A stretch of 55,314 nt of DNA from a virus (taxonomy: Duplodnaviria; Caudoviricetes), in the IMG/VR virus record IMGVR_UViG_3300034073_001667, positions 1-55,314 of that record. One strand, given 5' to 3'. Made by a program: the position numbers and the translations under genes. Every line of letters starts with the position of its first letter. Position 1 is the stretch's first letter. The notes under the pieces were generated by a model. It did no database searches. It was not told the origin of the DNA and saw only the letters and a list, made by a program, of their open reading frames with translations. Positions 26,299 to 36,600 of this stretch are shown here, one piece after another.

Positions 26299-26817
26299 AT
26301 GACAATTGATTGTAATGAAATTGAAGTATCAATACCAAAGCCTCCGTCACTTAATCAGCTCTACTCTGGCAAGTTTTGGACGTACCGCGTCAAGCAAAAA
26401 GAACAGTACTATGAGGGTATTGCCAGAGCGCTTGAAGGATTTGATAGGTGGACTATGGACCGCTTTGCTATCCATCTACGCTACAATTCTCGGTATGACC
26501 TTGACAACTCTGTTGTTGCTGTTAAGTTTCTTGCAGATTATCTACGGTATAATGGATACGTTCACGACGATACTCCTAAATATTTCGTGGACCTTAGAAT
26601 CACATACGATGGCAACCTTAAGAAGGATCAGTACCTTGCTAAAATAATTTGTTACAACTATACTTTAATTGAAAATGACTCTAGAACAACTGAGCCGAAT
26701 CTACTTCATAGCGACCAGCCGGATTTCGGCAGCAAGCGCAGACCTGTACGAAGACCTACACGACCAAAAGGGAAGCCCGCTACTCGACCAAAAGCAAGTA
26801 AGCGAAATAACAAATAA
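26299..26817 (+). CDS. RusA-like Holliday junction resolvase
   Basis: PPSLN..DLDN..K..D.L..G..DD; TATCTTTG 4 nt upstream of the ATG. Confidence 0.75.
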   Translation: MTIDCNEIEVSIPKPPSLNQLYSGKFWTYRVKQKEQYYEGIARALEGFDRWTMDRFAIHLRYNSRYDLDNSVVAVKFLADYLRYNGYVHDDTPKYFVDLRITYDGNLKKDQYLAKIICYNYTLIENDSRTTEPNLLHSDQPDFGSKRRPVRRPTRPKGKPATRPKASKRNNK

Positions 26818-26893
26818 GTATTCGCGCTCATTCCGCATCGAACTTGATATGATTCGTGCGGCTCTGACAGAGTACAACGAACAGCACGGATGA
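26675..26893 (+). CDS. Hypothetical protein
   Basis: LYEDLHD..G.P motif; ATGA-coupled to the GT gene. Confidence 0.6.
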   Translation: MTLEQLSRIYFIATSRISAASADLYEDLHDQKGSPLLDQKQVSEITNKYSRSFRIELDMIRAALTEYNEQHG

Positions 26894-27852
26894 TAACCGT
26901 AGTACACCTTGACAGCCTCAGTGGTGTAAACTACCACAGATTGATTGTGCCACTTCGTCGACTTCAGTCGCAAGGAGTCAACCTGCATTGGATACAATCA
27001 CTCGCAGAGCTTAAGGATATGAACCTTGACTTGGTTGACAATCTGATTGTGTCGCGCAAGGTTTCTGTCAACAGCCACAAGGAGTTCAGCCGTATGCTAA
27101 AGAAGCACGGCGTACGTCTAATCCTTGACAACGACGACTATTGGGTCCTCAATCCAGAGAATCCAGCGAAGAAAGCGTACGAAATTTACTACGGCCCAGA
27201 CATTAAGAAGACCATAAAGATTGCTGATGTAGTCTGGACCCCTTCTACATATCTGGCCAAGTTAATGAAGGACGAAAACCCAAAGGCAACCATTGAATTT
27301 GTAAACAATGCAATCGACACTACAGAGGAACAATGGGCCGAGCAATCCAAACGACGCTCTTCTACTGTTCGCTTTGGCTATGTTGGTGCTCTGGCTCATA
27401 TACACGACGTCAAATCTATAGGCTACGACTTCTCCAACGTCTACACGTTTGGCGTAGAAGGAATGGAGTACGACGACATCTTTAAGTACAACAAGACATC
27501 GCCACCTCGTGAGATATGGCACTACGGAAAGCTGTACAAAGAGTTTGACGTAAGCCTTGTGCCACTAGTAGGCAACAGGTTTAACTGGAGCAAGAGCGAC
27601 CTTAAGATTACTGAAGCCGCAGTAACAAAGACTGCTGTAATTGCCAGTAATACAAGACCTTACAACTCTGTCATTACTGATGGAGAGACTGGCATACTTG
27701 TGTCTGACCAACAGCAGTGGAAGGAAGCCATCGAGTCTATGGACAAGAAGAAGGCTAAGAAGCTTGGAGAAAATCTTCACGAGTCGCTTAAAGATTCTCC
27801 AGACCACAACCTTGACCTTGTAAACGAGAAACGATTAAAGTATTTGGTATGA
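26890..27852 (+). CDS. Glycosyltransferase, GT-B (GT4-like)
   Basis: YHRL..LILDNDDYW..ADVV..S..LA..DVSLVPL..KSDLKITEAA..VIAS. Confidence 0.85.
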   Translation: MITVVHLDSLSGVNYHRLIVPLRRLQSQGVNLHWIQSLAELKDMNLDLVDNLIVSRKVSVNSHKEFSRMLKKHGVRLILDNDDYWVLNPENPAKKAYEIYYGPDIKKTIKIADVVWTPSTYLAKLMKDENPKATIEFVNNAIDTTEEQWAEQSKRRSSTVRFGYVGALAHIHDVKSIGYDFSNVYTFGVEGMEYDDIFKYNKTSPPREIWHYGKLYKEFDVSLVPLVGNRFNWSKSDLKITEAAVTKTAVIASNTRPYNSVITDGETGILVSDQQQWKEAIESMDKKKAKKLGENLHESLKDSPDHNLDLVNEKRLKYLV

Positions 27853-28415
27853 TAGACGTAGTAATTGCATCGTACAAAGAGGATCTGTCTTGGACAGATA
27901 GACTTAATGCCAACAAAGTCATCTACGACAAGGGAGAGACAGGCAATGGAATCCCATTGGCAAACATTGGTCGCGAGGCACACACTTACGTCCACCACAT
28001 TGTAGAAAACTACAAGAACCTTCCCGAGTGGACAGCGTTCGTTCAGGGCAATCCGTTTGACCACGCACCCCACGTTCTTACGCTAATAAACGACTTTGAG
28101 AAGATTTCTGGAGACAACAAGAAAGAAAAGTTCTACTTCCTTGGTAAGATGATTGTTCAGTGCGACATCAATGGGCTTCCACACCATCCGGGACTAGACT
28201 TAGCTGGATTTCAGGTAGCGCTGTTTGACACAATCGTACAGATGGATATGGTGTTTGTTGCTGGTGCTCAGTTTATCGTTCATCGTGACTTAATCAAAAA
28301 CAAGAAGCTGGCATTTTGGAAGCGTATGCTAAAGACATTTGATGGAGACAGCTACCCAGATGCCCCTTGGTGTGCCGAGCGTTTGTGGACATACATCTTC
28401 AACTACCACAAGTAA
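27849..28415 (+). CDS. DUF3431-family protein (putative glycosyltransferase-like)
   Basis: VVIASYKEDLSW, NIGREAHTYVHHIVENY, FVQG.PFDH, GAQFIV, ERLW. Confidence 0.8.
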   Translation: MIDVVIASYKEDLSWTDRLNANKVIYDKGETGNGIPLANIGREAHTYVHHIVENYKNLPEWTAFVQGNPFDHAPHVLTLINDFEKISGDNKKEKFYFLGKMIVQCDINGLPHHPGLDLAGFQVALFDTIVQMDMVFVAGAQFIVHRDLIKNKKLAFWKRMLKTFDGDSYPDAPWCAERLWTYIFNYHK

Positions 28416-29494
28416 TGTACGACTTTCTGATTGTGGGTGCAGGGCTGTACGGTAGCGTTTGTGCACGCGAACTCACCGACAAGGGGTATAACGTTTTAGT
28501 TATAGACAAGCGTCCACACATTGGCGGCAACTGCTACACATCGCGTCAGAAGGGCATCGATGTCCACGTGTACGGTCCTCATATCTTCCACACATCCAAC
28601 GAAGAGGTGTGGGAATACATAAACAGATTTGCAAGCTTTGAACCGTACAAGTTTAGCCCAGTTGCCAACTACCTCGGGGAGCTGTTCTCTCTTCCGTTCA
28701 ACCTCTGGACATTCAAGCAGGTCTACAACCTGAGCACACCTCAAGAGGTTAAGCAGAAGCTTGAGGATATGAAGAAGTTCGACGAGCCAAATAACCTTGA
28801 GGAGGTGGCCATCAACTCAATTGGTTGGCTGATGTATCAAAAATTGGTATACGGATACACCAAGAAGCAGTGGATGAGAGAGCCAAAGGAACTGCCTGCT
28901 GAAATCATCAAGAGGCTTCCTGTCCGTCTTACCTTCGACAACAACTACTTCAACGACAAGTATCAGGGCATACCTGTTGGCGGATACACCAGCATATTCG
29001 AACAGCTACTTGATGGCATCGAGCTAGAGCTTGGCGTAGACTTTAAGATGACCCACCACCGCATCAAGGCAAAGAACATCATCTACACTGGCAAGATTGA
29101 TGAGCTGTTTGACTACGAGTACGGAGACCTTGACTACAGAAGCCTACGCTTTGAACAGAAGACCTACCAGACCGACAACCATCAGGGCACGGCTGTGATA
29201 AACTACACCGACGACGTGACGAAGTTCACTCGTTCTATTGAGCACCGACACTTTGTTCGCAACGCAGACTCTGACGTTACGATTGTGACCAAAGAGTACC
29301 CATCGGAATACTTCCGAGGTGCCGAACCATACTACCCCGTTGACACTACACAAAACAGAATCAGGTACACCCAATACAAAGCAGCGGCAGACGCAGTTGA
29401 TGGGCTACATCTTGGTGGACGACTAGCGGAGTACAAATACTACGATATGCACCAAGTAATTGAGAGCGCCCTAAACTTCTGCAAGCAATGGTAA
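28415..29494 (+). CDS. glf: UDP-galactopyranose mutase
   Basis: GAGLYG FAD motif; HIGGNCY, YGPHIFHT, GYTKKQW, YQGIP, EPYYP, GRLAEYKYYDMHQ. Confidence 0.95.
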   Translation: MYDFLIVGAGLYGSVCARELTDKGYNVLVIDKRPHIGGNCYTSRQKGIDVHVYGPHIFHTSNEEVWEYINRFASFEPYKFSPVANYLGELFSLPFNLWTFKQVYNLSTPQEVKQKLEDMKKFDEPNNLEEVAINSIGWLMYQKLVYGYTKKQWMREPKELPAEIIKRLPVRLTFDNNYFNDKYQGIPVGGYTSIFEQLLDGIELELGVDFKMTHHRIKAKNIIYTGKIDELFDYEYGDLDYRSLRFEQKTYQTDNHQGTAVINYTDDVTKFTRSIEHRHFVRNADSDVTIVTKEYPSEYFRGAEPYYPVDTTQNRIRYTQYKAAADAVDGLHLGGRLAEYKYYDMHQVIESALNFCKQW

Positions 29495-29895
29495 AGTACG
29501 AAAGAGAGCTGTTCAAGCTCATCAAAGAACGACTAGCTCCAGACTTGGAGCTGAGCGAACACCAGATGTCCAAGTATGACTGCTACTCAATTAGCTACAA
29601 CGCCGACATTGAACTCAAGTGCAGGAACCGACACTATAACGATTTAGTTATAGAGAAGATTAAGTACGACGCACTTGTCGCTCGGGCCGCTATGTTTGGA
29701 ACAGTGCCAGTATACATCAACTCAACTCCCATCGGGGTGTGGTCGTTTCGTTTGACGGAACTTCCTGAGCCAGCGTGGGAGGAGCGTCGAATGCCAAAGA
29801 CTACCCACTTCTCTAATAACAATATGATTGTCAAGGTGGTAGGGTACTATAATATTTTGCAAGGAAAAGACATCACAGACTTGCTAGGTTTGTAG
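29488..29895 (+). CDS. Putative PD-(D/E)XK nuclease-fold protein
   Basis: YDC..IELKCR..Y..LVIEKIKYD. Confidence 0.55.
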   Translation: MVKYERELFKLIKERLAPDLELSEHQMSKYDCYSISYNADIELKCRNRHYNDLVIEKIKYDALVARAAMFGTVPVYINSTPIGVWSFRLTELPEPAWEERRMPKTTHFSNNNMIVKVVGYYNILQGKDITDLLGL

Positions 29896-29911
29896 GCTGT
29901 TCATATCTTCG
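29881..29911 (+). promoter_or_regulatory. Promoter TTG-N20-TATCTTCG upstream of the RNR operon
   Basis: Canonical -33/-7 spacing. Confidence 0.55.
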
Positions 29912-29921
29912 CATTCCGTTT

Positions 29922-29945
29922 GGGTCACGCGTGTGGCCCTTTTTT
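29922..29945 (+). terminator. Intrinsic terminator/attenuator
   Basis: GGGTCAC-gcgt-GTGGCCC-TTTTTT. Confidence 0.65.
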
Positions 29946-29969
29946 GTCTCTAACTTAAAACCAATCAAT

Positions 29970-30965
29970 ATGGGACTGTTCGATGAACGTACCGCATATA
30001 AGCCATTCGAGTACCCAGTGTACTTTACAGAGGGATGGCTACCTCAGGCTCAAGCCTTCTGGCTTCACACAGAAATTCCAATGATGGGAGACGTTAAGGA
30101 CTTCCGTGAGAACCTAACAGATTCAGAGCGCAATCTAGTTGGCAACATCCTGATTGGCTTTGCCCAGACAGAGACTGCTGTTGGCGACTACTGGACCAGT
30201 ATGGTAACCAAGTGGTTCCCCAAGCACGAAATCAAGCAGATGGCTATGATGTTCGGATCTCAGGAGACTATCCACGCTGCAGCCTACAGCTACCTCAACG
30301 AAACGCTTGGCCTTGAGAACTTCGAGGCATTCCTTCACGAGCCATCAACAGCTGCACGCTTTGAGAACCTCGTCAACACGAAGGCAGGATACGACCATAA
30401 CATCCTTAAGATTAGCCCGAAAGCGCGTCAAGATGTTGCTCGTTCTATCGCTGTGTTCTCTGCGTTTGCAGAGGGAGTAGCGCTGTACTCATCATTTGCT
30501 GTTCTCTACTCGTTCCAGATGCGTAACCTACTGAAAGGTATTGGACAGCAGATGAAGTGGAGCGTACGTGACGAGAGCCTCCACAGCAAAATGGGTTGCG
30601 TCCTGTTCAATCATTTGTGCCAAGAGCATCCAGAGATTCGTGTTGCCGTACGTGCACAGATTGAGGAAGCCGCACGTATTGCTGTTGAGCTAGAGGTTAA
30701 CTTCATAGACAAGATGTTTGAGATGGGAGACCTTGAGAACCTAAAGGCAGACGACCTCAAGGAGTTCATCAAGATGCGTGCAAACGAGAAGCTTGTTGAG
30801 CTTGGCTACGAGGCCATCATTTCATACGATGCTGATAAAGCTGCTGAACTTGAGTGGTTCAACCACCTGTCTGGAGGCGTAACACACACCGACTTCTTTG
30901 CTGTCCGCCCTACGGACTACAGCAAGGCAGGAGAAGGAGAAGACTTTGAGGACATATGGACGTAA
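29970..30965 (+). CDS. nrdB: Ribonucleotide reductase class I beta subunit
   Basis: ETIHAAAYS, EGVALYSSF, RDESLH, HTDFF. Confidence 0.95.
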   Translation: MGLFDERTAYKPFEYPVYFTEGWLPQAQAFWLHTEIPMMGDVKDFRENLTDSERNLVGNILIGFAQTETAVGDYWTSMVTKWFPKHEIKQMAMMFGSQETIHAAAYSYLNETLGLENFEAFLHEPSTAARFENLVNTKAGYDHNILKISPKARQDVARSIAVFSAFAEGVALYSSFAVLYSFQMRNLLKGIGQQMKWSVRDESLHSKMGCVLFNHLCQEHPEIRVAVRAQIEEAARIAVELEVNFIDKMFEMGDLENLKADDLKEFIKMRANEKLVELGYEAIISYDADKAAELEWFNHLSGGVTHTDFFAVRPTDYSKAGEGEDFEDIWT

Positions 30966-31261
30966 TAGATAAAATCGAAATCATTCTCAATACTGTTTGC
31001 TACGGGTACGAAATCAAACCTATAGCAATCAGAGCAAAGAATAGGCAGTCTAACATTCGTGAGGCAAGACAACTCGTTGCCTACCTCGTTAGAGAATACA
31101 CAGATTTATCCCTACCTAAAGTTGGATTCGTGATTAACAGGGACCACACAACAGTAATCCACTCAATAAAGGTGGTGCGAAACGAAATCGAGTTCAACAA
31201 GGACTATCGACGCAAGTACGAACTTATTAACGAAATAATTAAAACTAGAATCTATGGCTAA
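30956..31261 (+). CDS. Stand-alone DnaA C-terminal (domain IV) HTH protein
   Basis: R..NIREARQLVAYLVREYTDLSLPKVG..NRDHTTVIHSI. Confidence 0.85.
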   Translation: MDVIDKIEIILNTVCYGYEIKPIAIRAKNRQSNIREARQLVAYLVREYTDLSLPKVGFVINRDHTTVIHSIKVVRNEIEFNKDYRRKYELINEIIKTRIYG

Positions 31262-33032
31262 GAACTACGGAGACGAATACGGATGGGTGCTCGGAGTAGA
31301 CTACCCCGAGTGGGGTAACACCGATGTGTACTGCAAAACAATCTCAAAAGGATATCTGCTTCCGGGCGAAACACCGCGTGATGCCTATTGGCGTGCGGCT
31401 AACGCTGCAGCTAAGCGCCTCTACAAGCCTGAGCTTGCGGAGAAGTTCTTCTCGTACATCTGGAACAACTGGCTTGGACTTGCCACACCAGTGCTAGCAA
31501 ATATGGGTACAGATCGTGGACTACCCATCAGCTGTTTTGGTATTGACGTTGCAGACAGCATTCACGACATTGGGTCCAAAAACCTAGAGATGATGATGCT
31601 TGCCAAACACGGAGGAGGCGTAGGCATCGGAGTGAATATGCTTCGCCCATCAGGGTCACCCATCTCCAACAGCAATGGCACAACCGATGGCGTGGTTCCG
31701 TTCTGCAAAATCTACGACTCAACAATCCTTGCCACATCTCAAGGCAACGTACGTCGCGGTGCTGCATCTGTCAACCTAAACATCGAGCACGGAGACTTCT
31801 GGGACTGGATTGAGATTCGAGAGCCTAAGGGCGACGTGAACCGTCAGTCTCTGAACCTACACCAGTGTGTAGTTGTGTCAGACAAGTTTATGCGTAAGCT
31901 AGAGGATGGCGACGAGGAGGCCCGCAAGCGTTGGTCTAAGGTCATCCAAAAGCGTAAGGCTACTGGTGAGCCTTACATTATGTACCGAGGCAACGTAAAC
32001 AAGCAGAACCCTGAGCCGTACAAGCACAACGGTCTGAAGGTTTATATGACCAACATCTGTTCGGAGATCACACTCCACACGGATGAGTCACATAGTTTTG
32101 TCTGCTGTCTTTCTTCACTCAACCTCGCCAAGTACGACGAGTGGAAGGACACAGACCTAGTCTACTACTCCACGTTCTTCTTGGACGGGGTGTTGGAAGA
32201 GTTCATCCAGAAAGCCAAGAATATGAAGGGCTTCGAAAATTCGGTTCGCTCCGCTGAAAAGGGACGGGCACTTGGACTGGGTGTACTCGGATGGCACACC
32301 TACCTGCAGCAACGTGGAGTACCCTTTGAGGGCCTACAGGCCCAGCTTGAGACCCGTAAGATCTTCTCACACATTAAGATGGAGAGCGATCGTGCGAGTC
32401 GTGATATGGCACGCATCTACGGGGAACCTTTGTGGTGCCGTGGGTTCGGTGTGCGTAACACCCACCTGCGTGCAATCGCACCAACCGTATCCAACAGCAA
32501 ACTCAGCGGTAACGTAAGTGCAGGCATTGAGCCGTGGGCAGCGAATGTGTTTACCGAGCAGTCAGCTAAGGGTACGTTCATTCGTAAAAACCCCACATTG
32601 GAGCGCTTACTGAAGAAGATTGGTGCCAACACTAAAGAGGTTTGGGATCAGATTCTTGCCGACGGAGGCTCTGTTCAGGAGGTTGCTGCGCTTGAGCCTT
32701 GGTTCTACCAACGCGGTAAGCTTATACACCAAGATGAACTTGATGCTATGATTGATAGCGTTCCAGTAAAGGACGTGTACAAGACCTTCAAGGAGATTAA
32801 CCAGCTTGACCTTGTAATCCAAGCAGGTCTACGTCAGCAGTACATTGACCAAGCTGTTAGTCTAAACCTTGCGTTTCCATCGGAGGCAACTCCTAAGTGG
32901 ATCAACCAAGTCCATATGGAGGCTTGGCGTCAAGGTGTGAAGACGTTGTACTATATGCGAACTGAATCAGTGCTGCGTGGAGATATCGCAGCCAGAGCTA
33001 TGGACGTAAGTTGTTTATCCTGCGACGGTTAG
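31254..33032 (+). CDS. nrdA: Ribonucleotide reductase class I alpha subunit (no ATP cone)
   Basis: PISCF, GGGVG, TNICSEI, AIAPT, KTLYY, C-terminal CLSCDG. Confidence 0.95.
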   Translation: MAKNYGDEYGWVLGVDYPEWGNTDVYCKTISKGYLLPGETPRDAYWRAANAAAKRLYKPELAEKFFSYIWNNWLGLATPVLANMGTDRGLPISCFGIDVADSIHDIGSKNLEMMMLAKHGGGVGIGVNMLRPSGSPISNSNGTTDGVVPFCKIYDSTILATSQGNVRRGAASVNLNIEHGDFWDWIEIREPKGDVNRQSLNLHQCVVVSDKFMRKLEDGDEEARKRWSKVIQKRKATGEPYIMYRGNVNKQNPEPYKHNGLKVYMTNICSEITLHTDESHSFVCCLSSLNLAKYDEWKDTDLVYYSTFFLDGVLEEFIQKAKNMKGFENSVRSAEKGRALGLGVLGWHTYLQQRGVPFEGLQAQLETRKIFSHIKMESDRASRDMARIYGEPLWCRGFGVRNTHLRAIAPTVSNSKLSGNVSAGIEPWAANVFTEQSAKGTFIRKNPTLERLLKKIGANTKEVWDQILADGGSVQEVAALEPWFYQRGKLIHQDELDAMIDSVPVKDVYKTFKEINQLDLVIQAGLRQQYIDQAVSLNLAFPSEATPKWINQVHMEAWRQGVKTLYYMRTESVLRGDIAARAMDVSCLSCDG

Positions 33033-33156
33033 AGCACTTAGCATACTCGCAGTTACCATCACAAGCTGTTGGTCTGGTTTCACACCAACCTACCACAGCA
33101 GGATCGAGAGGCTCGTCGTAGGACGGGCCTTTCTTTTTAGCCTTGACCGCGTCCAA
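32998..33156 (-). CDS. Possible small Cys-rich protein (52 aa)
   Basis: TTG start; ..GWCETRPTACDGNCEYAKC..; overlaps the end of nrdA. Confidence 0.35.
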   Translation of the reverse strand: MDAVKAKKKGPSYDEPLDPAVVGWCETRPTACDGNCEYAKCSNRRRINNLRP

Positions 33157-33277
33157 GTTTCTTGTACAACTTAGATGTCTTCAGTTTACTAGTCTTAGTT
33201 TTAGAGTGGACGCCCGGTCGACTGACCTTTGGCTTGGCCTGATACGTAGAGGCCGTCTGTGTTTTTGTCTTTGCCAT
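33137..33277 (-). CDS. Small basic protein ending RGQG (46 aa)
   Basis: MAKTKTQTASTYQAKPKVSRPGVHSKTKTSKLKTSKLYKKLGRGQG; TAATG-coupled. Confidence 0.7.
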   Translation of the reverse strand: MAKTKTQTASTYQAKPKVSRPGVHSKTKTSKLKTSKLYKKLGRGQG

Positions 33278-33690
33278 TACTTAAAACGATATAGAAACAT
33301 CATCAGGACAAGTGCCCCTCCTAAAAACAAAAGTAAATAATTCTTTACCTTTTCTGTTTTACCCTCAGGCTGAACAAGTTGCGGAGGGCACTCAGCTTGT
33401 ACGCTCACTGGGACCTCGACCTCCTTAATCTGAGTCTTCACTATCATCTTGTCTTGAAACTTTGTGATGACAATACGCACGGTGTCGTTTTCAATCACCG
33501 AGGAATCGCCTTCAGTAGGCACGCTGACGGTGTCAACCAAATACACTGGTGGTGTCACAATCGTGTCCCATATCGTAACAACCGTGGGCTTCAAGATGGA
33601 AGGGTCCTTCTTGGCTGCTTGATTCAGGTGCCAAGTTGCGCTGCAGCCAGTAAGTAATCCAGCTACTAATAGGGTCGATATGTGTTTCAT
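33277..33690 (-). CDS. Putative unimolecular spanin
   Basis: N-terminal lipobox LLTG|C, beta-rich middle, C-terminal TM helix. Confidence 0.65.
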   Translation of the reverse strand: MKHISTLLVAGLLTGCSATWHLNQAAKKDPSILKPTVVTIWDTIVTPPVYLVDTVSVPTEGDSSVIENDTVRIVITKFQDKMIVKTQIKEVEVPVSVQAECPPQLVQPEGKTEKVKNYLLLFLGGALVLMMFLYRFK

Positions 33691-36600
33691 TAGAGTTCAT
33701 TTATTTTATAGTTTTCATATGCTTTCTGGAACTTAGCTAGTTGTGCGTAGCGCATACGCTCCAATTCTAATAACCTATCCTCCTTAGTGTTTTCATCCTT
33801 AATGTTTTCTGCGGCCTTCTCCATCTTTCTGATATTGCGAAGAGCCGCGTCTACAGACTTAGATACCACATACATAGAGCGAACCTTTGATGCGTCCTTA
33901 GGCTCTAGTTTGTTTGACTTAGCCTCGTCCATAAACTGATTGACCTCAATGCGCCTATCAAAGTAAGACTGAAGGTCTACAAACTTGCGGGGCTGTCCAT
34001 AGAATACACGAGCAAAGGGAACTTGATTTGATTCCATCTGATCCCAATTACCAGTCACAAGATTACCAACAGATTCTGTAGTGCGCAATCCAAATCGTCC
34101 TGCACCACCGCTAAGCGTCTCAAGTACAAAGTCAATCTTATCAGGATTGATGTCAACGATTCCACTCCTAAACTCAGATCCACCAGTCAATTTATTAAGC
34201 TGCTTAGCAATCCAAACACTTTGAGGTGTAGCACCCTTACGACCTAGTTCTGACTCTGGCTTAGGTGTTGGGTCAGTTGGGAAGTTCTCATTGTAAATCG
34301 TGCGCCCGAAGTAGTCTTCGTTAAGCGCAAGGGACAACGGAATCTGTCCAATTGTTGGCGTAACAAACTTGATGAGCCAAGAGGATAAGTCCTCGCTAGA
34401 TGGGAAGTTAATCGGTGAGAACGAACCAATGGCGGCCTCAAAGATGTTTGATGCAACCTCGCCCACAGACTTGATTCCCTGTCCTGCATCAGCCATTGCA
34501 TTTCCTGCAACGTAAAAGACGTTAAGACCATATGGAAGAGGAATCTTAACATAGTCCTTTCCGTTTGGAGCCATAATGATTATGTTACGCTCCTTTTCAA
34601 AGTCTGGAATCTTAGAGTAGAATGACTTGTCATCCTCATCGTCATCACTAATAAGTTCGTTGATGACTGACATAATGCTTCCAGCCACAAACATTGAGAT
34701 AGCAATCTTCTGTGCGTTGGTAACCTGAAGCGAACGAGTTCCGTCGTCGTTCTTCTTGAATTGAGGCTTAAGGCTTCGAACCAAGCGAGATGTGCCCTGA
34801 ACAGACGCGTTGAAGAACAGATACAAAGAGTTAGCAACGGGACCAATTGATCCGCTCTTATTGAAGTTAACAGTCAAGCCCTTCGCTAGCTCTGCTGCCT
34901 TTTCTCTTGCTAGACCTGCCTTTCGAGACTCAATGTATGCAGCTAAACGAACACCATTCTCTACAGATGTGTTGATGCGCTCGACAAAGTTTCCAGCAGC
35001 CTGAAGAGCACCATCGCCCTTGCCGCTCATAAGTTTGTCTACATCCTTACGGAGTTCATCCACAGACTTGCTGTAGAACCACTCCGTCTTAGCACCATCT
35101 TCAATAAATTCGCTGTAGTAACGCTCAAACTCATTGGTCGCCTGAGCATCTTTACCAGACATCTTAAAGATTGCCTTGATTGAAGGGAATACAGACTTTA
35201 CAATCTTACTAGTAATGTTCTTGCCTTTAAGTATACCACCCTCAATCTCTTGTTCGCTCACAGCATTAACAACAGCAACCTGAATGTCTCGAGAGAAGTT
35301 GCGAAGTACAAACTCAGGGTCGTACGTAGTGATGAATGAACTCAATAATCGGTTGAATCTACCCAATGACTGCACTAGGAAGTCTGCCTTTACCACATTC
35401 GTACCACGAAGTGCCTCCGCAAGTTTAGGGTCTGCAAACTGAACAAACTTATATTCGCCATCAATACGAACAGCAAAATTTCTGTCGTCAAGTACGTAGT
35501 CCGATATCGTCTTTGCTACATCCTTGATTCCTTTTGTTGTAGCCTTCTTCTTGTACTCCTTGTTTACAGATGGGTCAATAACCTTCCAAATGTCATCGTT
35601 GGGGTTTTCCTTGGCAAGTTTGTACAACTTCTGAGCAACCTCATTCTTACGAGCACGAATAATCGTAGATTGATTCTGAGCAACAGCATTTAAGAATGGA
35701 GAGTCCGCCTTAGACTTACGGCCCATTGCACGCTTCTCCCGCCCGCGAACCTCAAGCCCACGACCTCCACCAATTATCTCACTTGCTGAATCCTCTCCCT
35801 CAAACCCACGTAGTGGTACGTAGTATTTATACGTATCCTCAAAAGCAAGTAGGGTATCAAATGTTTCAAGACCAAAGTCAAACATACGACTACGTGTGTC
35901 TGCGATGATTTCTTGCGTTCCCTTTACTGCATCGCGAAGTGCAGGTTTTAGGGAGTTTATGTTTGGATTGTATGAGTCGAGCCCATATGAGTTAAGAATC
36001 GCTTGAGCCTCAGCATCGGTCATACCAGAGCCAGCATTCTCTCGGGTGTACTGAGTGAAGAATTGGTTTGGAGTGAGCCCGTATATTGATAGTATATCGT
36101 TCAACTCCTTTGTGCTGATACCTCCCTTTGCTGTTCCTGCCTCTAGCTCTCGATAAGTTTCTAGGTCTATGCCAGCTAACTGAGCAGCCTCTGATGGCTT
36201 TAGATTGTTCTTCTTGCGTAGGTCAGTAATAGATTCTGCAATATCAGTACGCTGTACTCGGATGTATCTGTTACGCTCTTGAGCGTGGAGAGCATAAAGA
36301 AGATTATCAAACTCTTCAAGAGTTACTCCTGCTTTCTTGACACTAGCAACGACATCCTCTGCTTTCTTCGTTGACTCTGCAATGTCATTCGCTGCCTTTC
36401 CGTGCATCAAAACCTCAGCATTACGGAAGTCTTGGTCAAGACCTACTGGCTTACCAGTTGAATACTCAACATCTTCCTGAAGCTGTATTACACCATAAAG
36501 TCGGTCCTGAATTGCAATACGAGCAAGGTCAGTATAGCGCTCCATAGGAGTTCTGTCTCGCTGCTGCCAAGACTTAGAGTCCGCTAGTTGGTCCTCAATG

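Noticed and set aside
10782-33032. Stop-codon reassignment, tRNAs, integrase, reverse transcriptase/DGR
   Set aside because: TAA, TAG and TGA all end intact genes under code 11. No cloverleaf, recombinase or RT motifs were seen by eye.
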